DNA from: Pecten maximus
Lineage: Eukaryota
Assembly: GCF_902652985.1 (NCBI RefSeq)
Contig: NC_047020.1
Span: 36,022,001 to 36,086,000 of the forward strand
DNA: 64,000 bases
Direction of reading: 5' to 3'
Part shown: positions 25,263 to 39,400 of the stretch, piece by piece
Layout of the letters: each line of letters opens with the position of its first letter
Position numbering within the stretch: the stretch's first letter is position 1
Program-made: the position numbers and the translations under genes
Notes under the pieces: generated by a model
Told to the model about the DNA's origin: nothing
What the model saw: the letters and a program-made list of their open reading frames with translations, nothing else
Databases searched by the model: none

Positions 25263-25666
25263 CCATCTTCGCTAGCGAAGAGTGTTCAGTACGATAAGGG
25301 GCCGTTATATCTCAGTCGGTTACAGTGCTGATGGAGTTCCGAGTTCCGAGTCCCTACCTACCCGTGTCGGTTTGTGTTTCGCGGGAAGGTCGGGAACAGG
25401 CCGGTTTGTGCTGTCGTTGTTGTGTCCCTGGGCAAGACAATTTACCCTGATTGCTCTGGATGGCGTGCGAACGGGTATTCCATATGTTGTTCGGTGAGGT
25501 AGTCACCAACTACTACAAGGAGACACCGCCTCAAAATGACCGTGGCTGATCATAGGACGATTAAACCAACAAACAATCAAACAAAAATCATTGCGATACT
25601 CTGCATTTCAAAAGGAGTGTGAAAAAGAAAGTATTTATTGAACACGCGCTTGGCTAGCGAAGATGG
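25263..25666. mobile_element. MITE with ~30-bp TIRs hosting a CORE SINE
   Basis: CCATCTTCGCTAGCGAAGAGTGTTCAGTA (25263-25291) versus TATTGAACACGCGCTTGGCTAGCGAAGATGG (25636-25666). Confidence 0.7.
25298..25587 (+). mobile_element. Full-length CORE-type tRNA SINE
   Basis: tRNA-like head, CORE motif TGTGTCCCTGGGCAAGACAATTTAC, tail AATGACCGTGGCTGATCATAGGACGATTAAAC + (CAAA)n. Confidence 0.85.
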
Positions 25667-25699
25667 GAATACAGACACAAATAAGGAAAAGACGGGAGG

Positions 25700-26330
25700 G
25701 AAATTTAATTAAATTCAATTTTATTCTCTTTCACAAAACAATGTAAAGAGAAGCATATTTACAATATAGTATATACAATGTAGTAACTGTAGTGTTCGTC
25801 GTTCTAAAGTACACGATATAATTTCGTAATAAAATCACATTTCCATCCAGGAGGACAAATATTGCTATCAGTTATTCTGATGAAAGTAAAACAAAAAAAA
25901 TCTTCATTGTTTTTATATTAGTAGTATTCATTAATTCACAGAACTTGTCTCTGTCTGGGTATAGAATTTCATACACCGAAGAATATTGTTGATGTTACCA
26001 AATGTAATCAAGTTCTGTTCAAGTAATGGATTCGTCACCAATTTGCTGACTATTACAGCGTAGCCATTTTGTTTCATTATAATCAATATCATGCTATCTA
26101 CCGGTTTCAACAATATGATTACTCGTCCTAAATGTACCAAATGTAACTCTATCGTAATATTAAAATAATTTTCAAAATTAAAATTGTTTTTAAAACTTCT
26201 ATAACATATAGCTTTTAATGAAGTGTGTACATCACTTCTGCCATTTCTGGAAATACTTGTCGTGTAATTTTGCTTAAAAGAGGGAAGTTTCAAGGGAAGC
26301 TATGGGACTCGTGAATCACTCATTTTTCCT
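25700..26330 (-). mobile_element. Degenerate non-LTR retrotransposon 3' end (ORF2 C-terminus + 3' UTR)
   Basis: Across frameshifts reads CYRSFKNNFNFENYFN / FRTSNH.VETGR / CNSQQIGDE, typical of the zinc-knuckle region of LINE ORF2; AATAAA and TTGAA-type tail near 25700-25725. Confidence 0.7.
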
Positions 26331-26891
26331 ATATGCATTAAATTGACAATACAAATGGAAAAGCCTATTACGATACGATAGTTTAACCAGCCTTAGTCTA
26401 GTGATGGTGACTTTTCGTCTGTGATCTGTCGTCCGCCTTTTCTTCCTTTGTCGACAAGTACTGTAAATATGTTTTCCTAATTATATCAGTAGGCATCCCT
26501 TCATCCGTTTATAAATGTGGATGATCAATTTAAGGCTGATAAAAAAGCAAGTACTGTAACTTCATTTCAAAGAAACATGGCGATACAAAAAGGAAAGTCT
26601 GAGGAATGGAGAGAAAAGTTGAAACAATCATTCGACGGGCGGCAATAGTCTTTTGGATTATTACATGTCAGTACTTATTTAGAATGTTTTTGTTTTGGGG
26701 GGTTTTGTCTTTTTTTTTCTCTCTTTGTTTTCTCATTATACAAATGTACAAAGATGCATGCACTTTGAATAAAATTTTATCCAAACGGTTACTGAACATT
26801 TTGAGTTTTCAATATGGATGTAAATTTTCTATTATATGTTATCAACTTTATGTGAAACGAATTCATAGGAAAAATAATTTCAACCCTTAAC

Positions 26892-26915
26892 CAGAGACCT
26901 ATATATAGGTCTCTG
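26892..26915. mobile_element. 24-bp perfect palindrome flanked by 7-bp direct repeat (minimal TIR element or scar)
   Basis: CCTTAAC-CAGAGACCTATATATAGGTCTCTG-CCTTAAC. Confidence 0.65.
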
Positions 26916-28085
26916 CCTTAACTAAATATTCTTTTTTTGTCAGTTTATCTTCTGCTCTTTTTGTCAATTTACCTTCTGCTAAATGCTTACAATTATACAA
27001 CCAAATACTTATATTCGGGAACAATTGTTACTTTATTTGTTTTCATCTGACAGTCAGGTTTGAGAGATTTTGTTTGCAGAATTGAAGAATTCTCGGCTAA
27101 TACTACTCAAACCGGCTGGCTAAACAAATATTGATTTGACTAATTCCGCGATGTAAATTACATCGTCTATACATGTGTTTGTTGATCTAAACAGGTGTAT
27201 TTGTTGTTGTGATTTCCTCGTATTTATTTCGGAAAGTCCGGAGTCCATGAATGTCCAGTTAATGACAGGTATGGTCACTAAGTGGGCGGCTTACTACAGG
27301 TGAGTATCGCTAGGCTACGTCATCGTTACGTCACTAACGATAATACGTTGTCAGCTAGTAGTTAAAGTATTACGCAAGCCCAAATTCCTCTAAGTGCTAG
27401 ATTTAACACGTGGGCCGATCTCATGAGTCACCTTACATATGACCGGTTCCTGGCCGGAGCCTCGGGACTCCCATTGTCCAGCCATCCTACAGTAAGGTGT
27501 TTGGTCATCTCAACCGTTGAATGAGATGGCCTTACAGCCGCTTGGTCTTCATCAGAACGATGTCTGCGTAATTTTGTCAAAAATTAATCATATAGATACA
27601 TTTCTTTGTATTAGCGATGTCGGGAAATGTAGACTTAGCAAGCGGAAACCATGAATCATATCCCATAGGGGGCGCCACACAGCTCCACGCCTGCAAAACC
27701 ATTCCATCTCGTACAAGACGAATGTTCTTAAGTACAGTTCCCTAAAAGGCCAAGATATGTAAATACCTTTCTCCTGTATTATTGACAAGATGCGACTCCA
27801 CAACTTGGAGGAAAACTCATTAGTTGTCGGACTAGGATAGATTAACGGTTGTAGAAATGACGGCCAAACATCGTCATCCGAAATTGACTTTGGTAGTATG
27901 CGTCATGGAGGTTTTTCCTGTTCGAGAATGCAACGTCAGCAGCAGCAACAGCTTTTCAGCTGAATCTCTGATTAAACATACAATTTAAGACAACGCAAAT
28001 CAATACTCACTGGTCTACCACGTGTACGCGCCCAATTTGTATGTTATGGATTATACAACATTTACGATTTAATATTCTGAGATTA

Positions 28086-28649
28086 AAATTTGATTGTGGA
28101 CGTGATGACAATTCAAGTCTGTTTTTTTCTTCTTAAATTAGTATATGTGCCTTAGAGCTGTTGAATGTATTATATTGTATTGATTTTTGGATTTTGATTT
28201 CATATTAATTTCAAAATATATTCAAAACCAGCCATTCCCCATTGCATATTCACTATGAATAAAATGCTATGTGAATAACACCAGATCTATAATGAGAATC
28301 GAATTCATCTCAATTAATCTTTTACAACCCTTGTTAGGTTAGGAATGGTTCCTTCGTACTTGGACCAAATTTGATTGTGGCCGTGATGTCAATTCAAGTC
28401 TGTTTTTTTCTTCTTAAATTAGTATATGTGCCTTAGAGCTGTTGAATGTATTATATTGTATTGATTTTTGGATTTTGATTTCATAAAAAATTCAAAAACA
28501 TATTCAAAACTAGCCATTCCCCATTGCATATTCACTATGAATAAAATGCTATGTGAATAACACCAGATCTATAATGAGAATCGAATTCATCTCAATTAAT
28601 CTTTTACAACCCTTGTTAGGTTAGGAATGGTCACTTCGTACTTGGACCA
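28086..28649. repeat. Tandem duplication of ~282 bp, nearly identical copies
   Basis: AAATTTGATTGTGG...CTTCGTACTTGGACCA occurs twice head to tail, followed by poly-C tracts at 28665-28750. Confidence 0.92.
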
Positions 28650-31600
28650 GATTCGCTCAGACTGCCCCCCCCCCCCCCCCCCCCAATCAGAGTGACACCC
28701 CCCCCCCCCCCCCCCCCAAATTATATTGACGTCCCCCCCCCCTCCCCCCCACCTTCACATCTTATCAAAATGGGTCGCACTGGTGACAAAAGGAGAGTTT
28801 TTAACTGAATCCGTCAGCATTCTAGATTTGTATCTTACTAAATCTTAACACTATATTTTCCTTTCATAAATAAAATATGTGTTTTTACTTTATCGCTTCC
28901 ATGGCACACTATATGTCCACGTGGCGCCGTTAGATCAAATCGTAGCTTAAATATCAAATGTATCTTCCAAAGTTGAACATATTTTATTTTAACATTTTCC
29001 TTTCTCTCACAATAATTCGACTTATTCACATAAGAAATAAATCTCAATGCATGAACTACTTGACATGTATTTGTCCATCTAATCTAAAGCCTACTTTTCT
29101 AAACACCTGATTATCCGGAATCTCGTTATTCCGAAAAATCGATAGTCCGAATGGACATTTAAAAGTACATACAAAATTCATTCTTAATGGTCATAATGTA
29201 ATGAGAGGAATGTTACAGTAACAATATTTATACAACGTTTGATTATTTGAAACGTTTAATGTTTACTCTGTTATCGAAGTATTTCAATAAAGCAAACGTA
29301 TGAAACCTCTTGATATAATTTTCAGCGAGATTAGGGTCACACAATGATTGATTAGACGGAAAAGAGTGACAAGTCTTGCTAAATACTTCAGAATCATTTT
29401 GAAAATAAGCAGATTAGAAAAAAAAAATTGATAAGAAGCCCTTATTTCGTATTGTTCCTATGGCTATATGCCGACAGATGTTGAAAGGAAAGCAAAGTCA
29501 ACGTTTATACCAATGCAATACGTCTTTAGATGTTTAGAGAATGGTTAACATTTGACCTGCCACCTAAACCCTACTTAACACCCCATTCTCGCCCACGCGC
29601 CTGGTCCCGTCCCCGGGGCAGGTCTGGATTAACGACATGTTTCAGGTAAACGAGTCTCATTATGCTCAAAAGAAAACTACGCAGTCATACGTGTCGACAA
29701 AAGCAATACACATATATCGTCCGAGAACGTTACTTAGGTAGGTATAATGTTATTCAAGACCACCTGACATTCAGTTCATGACCTCTGAGGTCAAATTGTG
29801 AATAGCGGAAGAAGTAAAAACCGGAAGTGACGTTTCTGTCCAAACTGACCAATGCACATGGACTAATTGGTATGAGTGGCATGTTTTAATAAATAGTCAG
29901 AATTCTGATGCGCAAGGTGACGTTAAACAGATCACGTGACAGTAATTAATTTCTTTTACATGCATATCCGTCACCTTATGATTCCTGGGGGTGATTCGGT
30001 CGACGTAATAATACAACTCGAGGACTGAATTACTACGACATTTGACCACTTCAAACGGATTGGTAATTTAAATAATCCCGGTAAAAGGCAAATAATGGAT
30101 TTCAGATAAGTCTGTGTTTTCCTTGTAAAGAAGATGTGTGTGTTGCTAATCTTTTGGAGAGTTTTTACATCCGCGTGTTTGTATTGAATTCCACGGACGC
30201 GAAGGACATATTTGTGAATCTCACGGTATACGTACGTAAAGTGTAGGACAATGAGTGTACACTGTATATATGTCTATTTATCACATGAGTGTCCTGTTAT
30301 CCAGCAAATTCGCCTGTGTAATATTTTAACATATGTCACAATTGTGATATACCCTTGAGCATTTTTCATTGGTCGTGCCAGTCAAAATTTGATTGTGACG
30401 TCATAGTCTGGACAATGGCTTGACGTCATGAATAACGCAACAAAATGGCTAACACCGCTTGATCAAGTCCTCCACATCTTGACTCTAAACATGTCCAAAC
30501 GTAGGTCTTCACAAATCAAAAACTCAATATACCCCTTAAATCTGGTCGCCTCTATCACATTTCATATACAGGCCTATTCAGTAGACATAGAGAATATTTC
30601 AATTGTCATTTTAGCGAGACTTTGATTTTCATAATTTTCATAAATCTCAATGGAAATTATGTTAAAATGAACAAAACGAAAATCGCGAAAACATGGTTTT
30701 AAAACGATATAAAATCTTACATGGCACTCCCCAATTCCTTCTTTGACGCTCACCCCTTTGGACCGCGTGGTCTTACTCTCTTAACCTTGTTGAAGAATGT
30801 CTTTGTAAATGAATGTAAACGTTTCGTCCATATTCGCTCTCGTTTTATCGATTTTGAGTTAGAATTACGGTTTCGTTATAACGTCGATATTCTCTGTTGT
30901 TTTTGTATCATCACAACATGTGACGTCACAACATATTGACATCACTATATAATGAAAGAATGGGAACCTAAAACTAGTCAAAACTATTTGTGGTAGAGGC
31001 TTATTGGTGTTCTGTTTTACGCAAGACCGTGCTTCAAGCGACACGTTGTCGCTTGAATATTACAGGCAAGACAATGCCGTACAATCCAAGATTATTTTAA
31101 CTTCATACATGTACGATTGTTTATATGGCAAGGATTGTAAGACACACAAGAAATGTTAGTTACATTAGAAAGTAAGTAATGACATTATACAGCTATCGAG
31201 CTCGCCGTTGATGGTAGGAAACAATACAGTCAGAGTGTATGGAGATCAAAGTGAACCTTTTCAAATGTTTGTTGACACGACCGAGATATGAATGCCGCTT
31301 GTCGTCGACACAGAAGACGCTCATCCTATAGGAATGCTTGGTCTTGTACTTTTTGCAAGGCTATCCATGCAAATCTATAATTTGTTCATATTTTGACCTC
31401 GTTCTATCTATTTTAGAATAGAATTACGATTTCGTATGCATGGCGGTATTGTATAGTTTTTGTTGAAAACCCATTAGGAAATGATAAAAATATAATTCGT
31501 CCTTGTCAAATTTAGTGGCGTGAATAGACAGTAAGAGTGGTTTTTTTCCCCTAAAACTGTTATTATTTCCTACAACTTATACATTTAACCTTGACCGATA

Positions 31601-33647
31601 TAACGCGCGAGACAGAGCGTCACTGATGCATGCCAATTGTTTACATTCGTGAAAGTTTTACTAAAATGTTAGGTATAACACTCAGAAATGTGTCAAAAAT
31701 GAGAGCTAAAATGATGGATATGTACAGCTCTGCCTAGACTGTTTTGTGATAAAGCACATTGAAAGTGTAATCAGAGTCGAAAAGAGTTCCTCGTGCATCC
31801 AAGTATTGCCAATTTTGACGGTCGATGATTAACTTAAAAGCTGTGCTGTATGATATATCGAAGTAGTTCATTTTGTACGTGATTTTGTCGGCTTTGTAAA
31901 ATAAGCATAAACTATGGGAATGTTTATAAGCGTGCACATAACAATGATCATCTGTCATTTTGATAGACATTGTCGTCACTAGTGTCTCCAAACAAAGGGC
32001 GGTGTCCATTGTCTAGTTCTTGGCGACAACTAAACAAGATAGTTTTACTGTTTCAAAGAATATAACAAAAAATCTTATTTCCAAGACTAAGCTAAAAAAT
32101 ATCTTGATTTCTTGAAATATATTTTAGTACCAACTCTAGATCTTAAAATGTTTCTCAGAATACTAAGGACCACAGTAGTTTCATTTATACTCTATAATAA
32201 ACATCGCGAAATGTTAAAAGATGCTTTATCATAAAGCCGTCTAGCCCCATATATATTATATACAAGTTAACACATTAATCTTGTGTGAGCTTAGCACTGT
32301 TGTATATATGTTTACGGTTCATAAACAACACATCCACGATTCTAGATAAAACGTATTTATGGCTGAAACAAAAAAAACACTTATTGAAGGCTATGAAATC
32401 TATATCTTTGATCTAAATCTCAACACAACAAGAGTATATGAAACATTTATAAGAGTTTTGTGCCTTGTCTAACATTGGGATCGAAACCCTGCAAGAAACT
32501 ATCTGGATAACTGAATCTCATGATTATAAAACATTACGTGTATATGTTGTGTACCAGGAAATCTATTAGACGCCAAAGGCTATAAAGCCTTCATTTATGA
32601 TGAGCATGGAAAGACTTGTGAGATAAAGAAAAAATAAGCAAATATTATCATGGGTGTTTAAACAGCAATGTGTGTGGTAGCCCAATAGGTCTACGGGAGG
32701 GAGAATTTAGGAGGAGGTCAAATTGGGTGCTGGTTTCAACAACAAGAGGGTAATTAATCTAAACAGTCATTGTCATCGCGGATATTTAAATACGCTTAGA
32801 TGTGAATCAGAGGTTAAAAGGCCTGTTTCTTCTTAAAGAAATTGAAAGGTTAGCTTTAAAGGTGATATTTGGAAGAAAAGCCGTTCACTGCCTCAGATGA
32901 AATGTGTTACATTGCGTCCACTACATTCCTTGTTAATGACAAGTTTATTACAAATAAGCTCGAGGAATAATAATGCTTAAAAGCCAAGATTTGTGTTTGG
33001 CTGTCGACGGGCTTCAATATAAAATTAATGATGTGTTCTATTATATAAACATTGAGAAGAATTCCAATTGTCTCACGCGAGACGTTAGGACTGTCCCTAA
33101 TCCCATGATACTTAACTCACACTGTCCGCTCATTACCATATTATCTGCATTATCTTCTTAATCTGTGTGAGATCTTCCTTTCATCCTTCCTTCCAGCACT
33201 GCTAAAACGTGACGACTAGGAGAGAAATTCCATGCACTTATACATGTAAATACATACATAGATAAGATGCGGTTTTTCGTAGTTCTCATTGGCTAAAACC
33301 TTATATTTCTATGGGTTTTTTTTTAATAAACACCGAGTCAGTATTGCGTTTAGGACGTCATAATCATTGTGATATTACAATGACCCAATGTAAGTTTCCT
33401 GTTATTGATAGAACCCTCAATTCGACCCTTTTGCAAACAAGTTTCATATCTAATATACAACTTAAGGACCTTTGATTTGGATAATATGGTGTTATACTGA
33501 CCTGGTTTAATCTAAGATATTGACCGTATAGGCTTCGCACTCGGTTAATATTTGGTTCTACCAGGTTGTTAAAACACCATATTGACCTCACCAAATGTTC
33601 ATTTTTAAAAGTATATGATTACGAATATCATACCTTAATATTTCAAA

Positions 33648-33715
33648 TACTCTTAAGCTGTACAAAAGTGTACTCTTAACCTGTACAGAAATGTACTTTT
33701 AGCCTCTACAAAAGT
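33648..33715. repeat. 23-bp tandem repeat, 3 copies
   Basis: TACTCTTAAGCTGTACAAAAGTG-type units. Confidence 0.75.
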
Positions 33716-35296
33716 TGAAATATCATACATTTTTCTTTCAAAAGAAATAAACTAGGTTAATTTACATTGGTAAATTATCGTGTATGTTCATTTTAATGCT
33801 TCATAATACAATTAAATAGCCATGATATTATTTTTCATATGAAAAATGAGCAAAACAAATATATTATTATAAAAACCATTCAGGAGGTAACCTCTAGCAG
33901 TGGCGTCAGGTGTTTCTCTACGTTCGCGCATAGTTAGCTGATCGGTAGAAAAACAGATTAAATTTTGTCTAAAAAAGAACCAAACAAAATGTTTATATTG
34001 TTTTTTATTCATATTTCTTAAAATAAACATCTTCAAATCGAAAATAGGCGACAGTATATTAAGATAACAAGCATATCATTATTGATAACAATTGAAATTA
34101 TCCAGATAACATTGTCGAACAATGCAAAATGTCCATGAGATACCAACACACACGTGTCAGAAATGAATTCTTTGTAATTGTTGAGATATTCAAATTAATT
34201 TTCCTTGTGGCTAAGTCCGTCATTGTGAGAATATTTATAGGAGGTCGACACAATACAAACACTATACGAAATAAATACTGGCTAGAATCTGCTTTGTCAT
34301 TTATAAACTATCAATTTAACTTGGCTATAATGTGGGTTACAACACAGCCGTTACTCGTTTGGCTAGACTGTCAGAAATACATATATGGTCTAGTCTATCA
34401 CACGTAACAAGTGAGACAAGCACACACTCATACACACACATATGTGTGCAAATATCAAATATGTGCATATTGCTTGAAAAAACCCACTGTGGATCAAAGA
34501 ATAGGCATATTTTCTAAAAGCCTCCTGGTGATAATGGTTAAATTCGCTGTTTTTGTATCGGTAAACCTAAACTTCCTTGTTCAATTTTAGGACAAGTATC
34601 TAGGGCACCACCAACCAACGAAATACCGTCCATAGGTCTGAGTCTGAGTCTGAGGTCGAGATCTGAGCCGAAAGTATAGGTGAGTTTATGCCATGACAAC
34701 TTATTTCGACTTCTGAATAATCAAGAGGCCCGACGCCACGATGGAATCAAAGGTTATCAAATGAAGGACCCATGTTTAGGTTATATTAGTCAGAATTTAT
34801 CAAAATCGTAAATTTCTTCTGAATGACAATAATAAATAGCATGTTCGGTGTCATGGCGTTTGACCAGTGGCAAGATACGATGAAATATTGTCAAGTTCGT
34901 TCAAATGAAAGACCTTAGCAAACTGTGTGATTTCGCTGGTTAAATGTGAAAAAGTGTGAAATTAAACGAAATTCTCAAACAGTCACATTTAGCGAAGAGT
35001 GCAAACATTTGAACCATGTTCAAGGTTACATGAGTCATATAAGTGATGTATATATGTATTACTCTTTAATAGCTATGATGATTAGTCATGTTGTTGGAAA
35101 ACATTAAAATCTAAACGACTAATTAATCTAATTAATTAACATTGTTCATCTCAGCATACCGTTTTGAAATGATGTCATTTGTGCCTAAATATCATTCAGA
35201 TATCGTCATAGAATTTATTGGAAGATGGGAAAATTGGAACCATGATTCTTAGAACAATATAGAATATAAAGAAAATAAAACGTTTGCACTTTTAGG

Positions 35297-35418
35297 CTTT
35301 GTAGGCTAACAAATTTCCAGTGAAAAAAAACTTTTTTGTAGATGTGTAGCCTAACAAATTTCCAGTAAAAACACTTTTTTTGTAGATTTGTAGCCTAACA
35401 AATTTCCAGTAAAAATAC
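35297..35418. repeat. ~45-bp tandem repeat, 3 copies
   Basis: TGTAGCCTAACAAATTTCCAGTAAAAA... repeated. Confidence 0.85.
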
Positions 35419-35814
35419 CTTTGTAAGTTTACGCCTGTTTTGTATCAGCTGGTTGATAGACAGGGAAATTGACAATGAAGTGAAATCAAACCCCACCTGT
35501 AGGACTGATATGGCCCACAAACCGCATAATTGTCAGTTACCAATTAATGTTTATTTCTTACCATTGAAAACTATAATTTGGACGTAATGTATGTATTTCT
35601 TTCTGTCCTATTTAAGAAGTTCACCTCGCCTATATTTCTAAAATGTTGTTTTCACCTTCTGAATTAAACAGCTGTATGATGGAGTCTAAATTTCCTTATA
35701 TTTACTATTTCTAGCACTGAATGCTTCAATTTTACTGTGCTATTCTTTGTGTGTAGAATTCTTGCTTCGACATAGTAGTCAAATCTAAAAAAATCTATGA
35801 CAGTAAATATTATA

Positions 35815-36169
35815 TATGACAAGCATTTTATCAGCTATGGTCCTCGAAAACTGAATATTCTACACAACAGAATAAGAAATCGAGCAAGTGCACTGAGCTA
35901 TGATCTTTTTAGAGCCAATCTCGGTGATTCACCTGCTTGTCAATGTGGACATCCCTGTGAAGATTCCCATCATTTTTTCCTTAACTGTCCCCTGTACAAC
36001 AACTTAAGAGGAACTCTTATTGCTGATTTAACCTGGTACGGTCCTGTTAATGTAGATGTATTGTGCAATGGTGACACGAATATTTCCTCAGCTGACAATA
36101 TAAAAATCACCAAAGCTGTGCAAAACTTCTTGAGAAGGTCGGAAAGATTCGAGTAATTATCACTTCCTA

Positions 36170-36218
<49 letters not shown>

Positions 36219-36452
36219 CCTTTTTTTCATGCCATTTTCCTATAATTAAAAACAACTTAATCCAAAATGTTCAATTTTTTTCTACTCTTTTCTTTATCAC
36301 ATTTTTGAATTGAATATTATTGTATATACCATCATGTGACTTTGTTATTGTTTATTATTTTGTTAATTTTACGGGAGAAGTCGTTTATAAGTTGGTAAAA
36401 CTTGCTGACTAATCCCTTTGTCATTTTTGTATGTCAATACAATATGTTTAAA
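35815..36452 (+). mobile_element. 5'-truncated CR1/L2-group LINE: ORF2 C-terminal zinc-finger region and 3' UTR with (CT)n
   Basis: ORF 35797..36156 GPRKLNILHNRIRN...SPACQCGHPCEDSHHFFLNCPLY is a LINE ORF2 CCHC-type C-terminus; (CT)n at about 36179-36212. Confidence 0.85.
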
Positions 36453-39400
36453 CTAATGAAAAGAGCATGGCATATTTTTGTTTTGTTTTCTTTCGTGTAT
36501 GTCAATAAAGATATAAAGAGAAAACAGAATTAATCCGAAATCCACTGATGCATATTCTCTTTCAACATTGTTAAATGACCTGAGCTATGTACGTATATAA
36601 ATTTACGGCTTGATGTTACTACAGCAATAGTCATAATAACTACAGATCGAAGAGCAGTAAACTCTGTGATATATCGCCTTCAATTAAATTAATGTCTTCG
36701 GATATTTTCATATATTGACAGATTTCATCTTAAAACCCATTTAAATAATAAGATATCTTCCCCTAAACGAGGGAGATTATAAATTTACATAAGACCCACC
36801 CCAGCGAGTGTAGGCTAGTTAGGGTTTCCTTCCCGCTGTGACACAGCTATGGACAGGCCATTCCGATGAACGGTTTTGAATATATACACGTACAAGATGT
36901 CTGCCAGTCTCACCTGTGACCTGAAAAGGTCGGCGACAGTATTGTGTCACAGTAGTCTGCAGGCTATAGGCCAAATCAACCGTCCCGTTATACAGTTGAT
37001 TTATACAGGGTACAAATTACTAAGTATAGTAACTACTTACTGGGCGGTAGTTAGTCAGAATTCAGCCAAGTAGTTCGTTATACGTCATTGAGAACTCTAG
37101 GAAACATTCTTCTTAAACAAACAATACAAATGAAATACCAAAATTATTTGAATATGCATCCACAGTTCTTTGTTGTGTGGTCAATGCACTTCTATATCGG
37201 TATATTAAGTAAAAAATCTTTTTTTGATTTTTCTGCTCGTTTGTGATATTAGATGGTCATAGTAGTTGCGTCCAATCTGAAAAAGATAAAACAATTAATC
37301 TTTACAAACAGTAAGAGTATACCGATGTGTTTAAGAATATCCTAATCCTCTTCCTCTTTTTCCTCTTCCGAAGACCTTGCGACCTTCAACAAAACAATAT
37401 CAGAATTATTCACAATTAACGAAGTTGAATATTTATGAACTGCACAAAGAATATATCATTAAAAATCGATCGATAAAAATTCGGAATATTCTCGTAAATG
37501 ACAGAGCGGCTCCAATATGTGCTTCGTCGGTTGCGCACAATTCGAAATAATTACGAATTACAGCGATTTGAATACCAGCCCATAATGCATGCGTAAAATG
37601 CACTGTATGCAGTAAGTATATACATGAACTCTAATTATCGGGGTAGTATTTCTTTTATAATAACGCGTATTTTGCTTTGTAGTTCTTTTCTTTGTAGTCA
37701 ACAGGTGTCTACCGTAGCTTGAACAGGAAAGATATAATTTCCGACGATTTTTTTTCTTGTCGGATAATTCAATATTTGAGTAAAGTTTAGTAAAGAAAAG
37801 AAAATGACCTATTAACCGAATCGCTTATATTTATTTCCTAAACTTGGTATTTTGTTACAGATGATTAATATATTTTTGAATCGCACGAACATATGTATCT
37901 TGTTAGGATGACGAGATCGAACAAGGTTTCAATTGTAAGTACACGTTGCGAGCAAACACGCTGGCGTTTGGTATGTAAGAAAGGACATGGCAGACGGTTC
38001 TGAACAATACCGGAACATAGTGGGCTACATGCTGTTCCCAAACAATGGTTTGGAGTCGAGACCACCGGGCGAGACATGCCCAACGTCTTTGTGAAACACT
38101 CCTCGCTCAAAACCATCTTACAATTGGAAATAGATAAAGTATGCTAATGTTTAAAATCTTCAGGTTTTGCAGAACTTCAAATACGTTCTTTCTTACCTTC
38201 AAATTGAAGAGTTAAAACCCTAATATAAGTATTTATGAATATGATAATTAGTAGTACTAAACAAATGCTATTTAAGTCCGAGTTCAACTACAATATTAGA
38301 GTCCAGTGGTTTTTTTGTGTGTGAAATTTTAGTGTTTTGTGATATAAAAGTAAACTCTAATATAAGTATATAATCTATCATTCTATTGTTACTTTAATGG
38401 CGATGTCTGTTCACCAACTAAAGATTACGGTAGATTCAAAATGGATGCCACTTATTCTTATCATTTTTATATAAATATTCGCGAGGGATTTGAAATCGCG
38501 TTTGACTCTCCTCGCGAATTAACGCGAAAATTAATCCCACGCGAAATATAAGTGATTTACAGGCTATTTTAGGCTACAGTAAGTAACACTGATATTCCAA
38601 ATATCTCTTTTGTGTTCTATAAGCTGGTGACCTTATTTTAAATCAAGAATGTTATATATACATATATTAAAATCCAATAAAAATCTTTTGCTGAATTTTT
38701 CGTTTTGTTTATTCCCAGTTTGCTATCTCGAATTATGTTACATATGTGTTTAAGAAGATGATTAGAGGGGTTTGAAAGATGTGCAATCTAACGTGTAGGT
38801 CGACCTTGTTTCTAAGGTTACGTTGTATCGCCACTACGAGAAGACTTTTGATCTTTCAGCTTATAAAATTCTACGTATATAAGAACGGATATGTAAACCT
38901 ATTCAATATTAAGCTTACTATCATACCACGCGTTTGCATACATCATGCAAGGTCGGCGATGCACGGCTGACACTGTTGATAGGAAGGGACGCGCGTGCAT
39001 CTTTTTTATCAGGCACCAATTAAATTCTAAGAGAAAGGCGATACACTCGTGTATGTTTCAGAACGCTCTTTCAGATTAGTCTATCCTGTTATGTATATAC
39101 GCTCCAGAACTATTTATATAAATATTCAGATATTTTCACGATTTTTTTCCAAGTTTTGTCTATAAACATGTCAACACGTGCGATGCACAATCTAATCGTG
39201 TGCATGATATTGTTATAGTAGAATTTTCATATGCCTTAAGTATTCTCGACATTGTCAATTTTATCATCCAAGTGACAGCCAGATAATTTTATTGAAAATG
39301 GAATAAAAAGAGCATGAAAACGTGCGATAAATCATCCTTAATCATCCACGAAATCGTAGTAAAATTTTGAGACTATCAAACCGTTCACTAATGAACATCA

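Noticed and set aside
27525-27560. Hammerhead ribozyme core CTGATGAAGACC on the minus strand
   Set aside because: The required GAAA after stem II is absent (GTAA) and the stems do not close.
32400-33060. Possible decayed LINE endonuclease (IIMG-like motif near 32645)
   Set aside because: Single short motif amid many stops; too weak to call without a search.
35797-36156. Host zinc-finger gene
   Set aside because: Motif pattern is that of a LINE ORF2 C-terminus, 5'-truncated and followed by a LINE-type 3' UTR.
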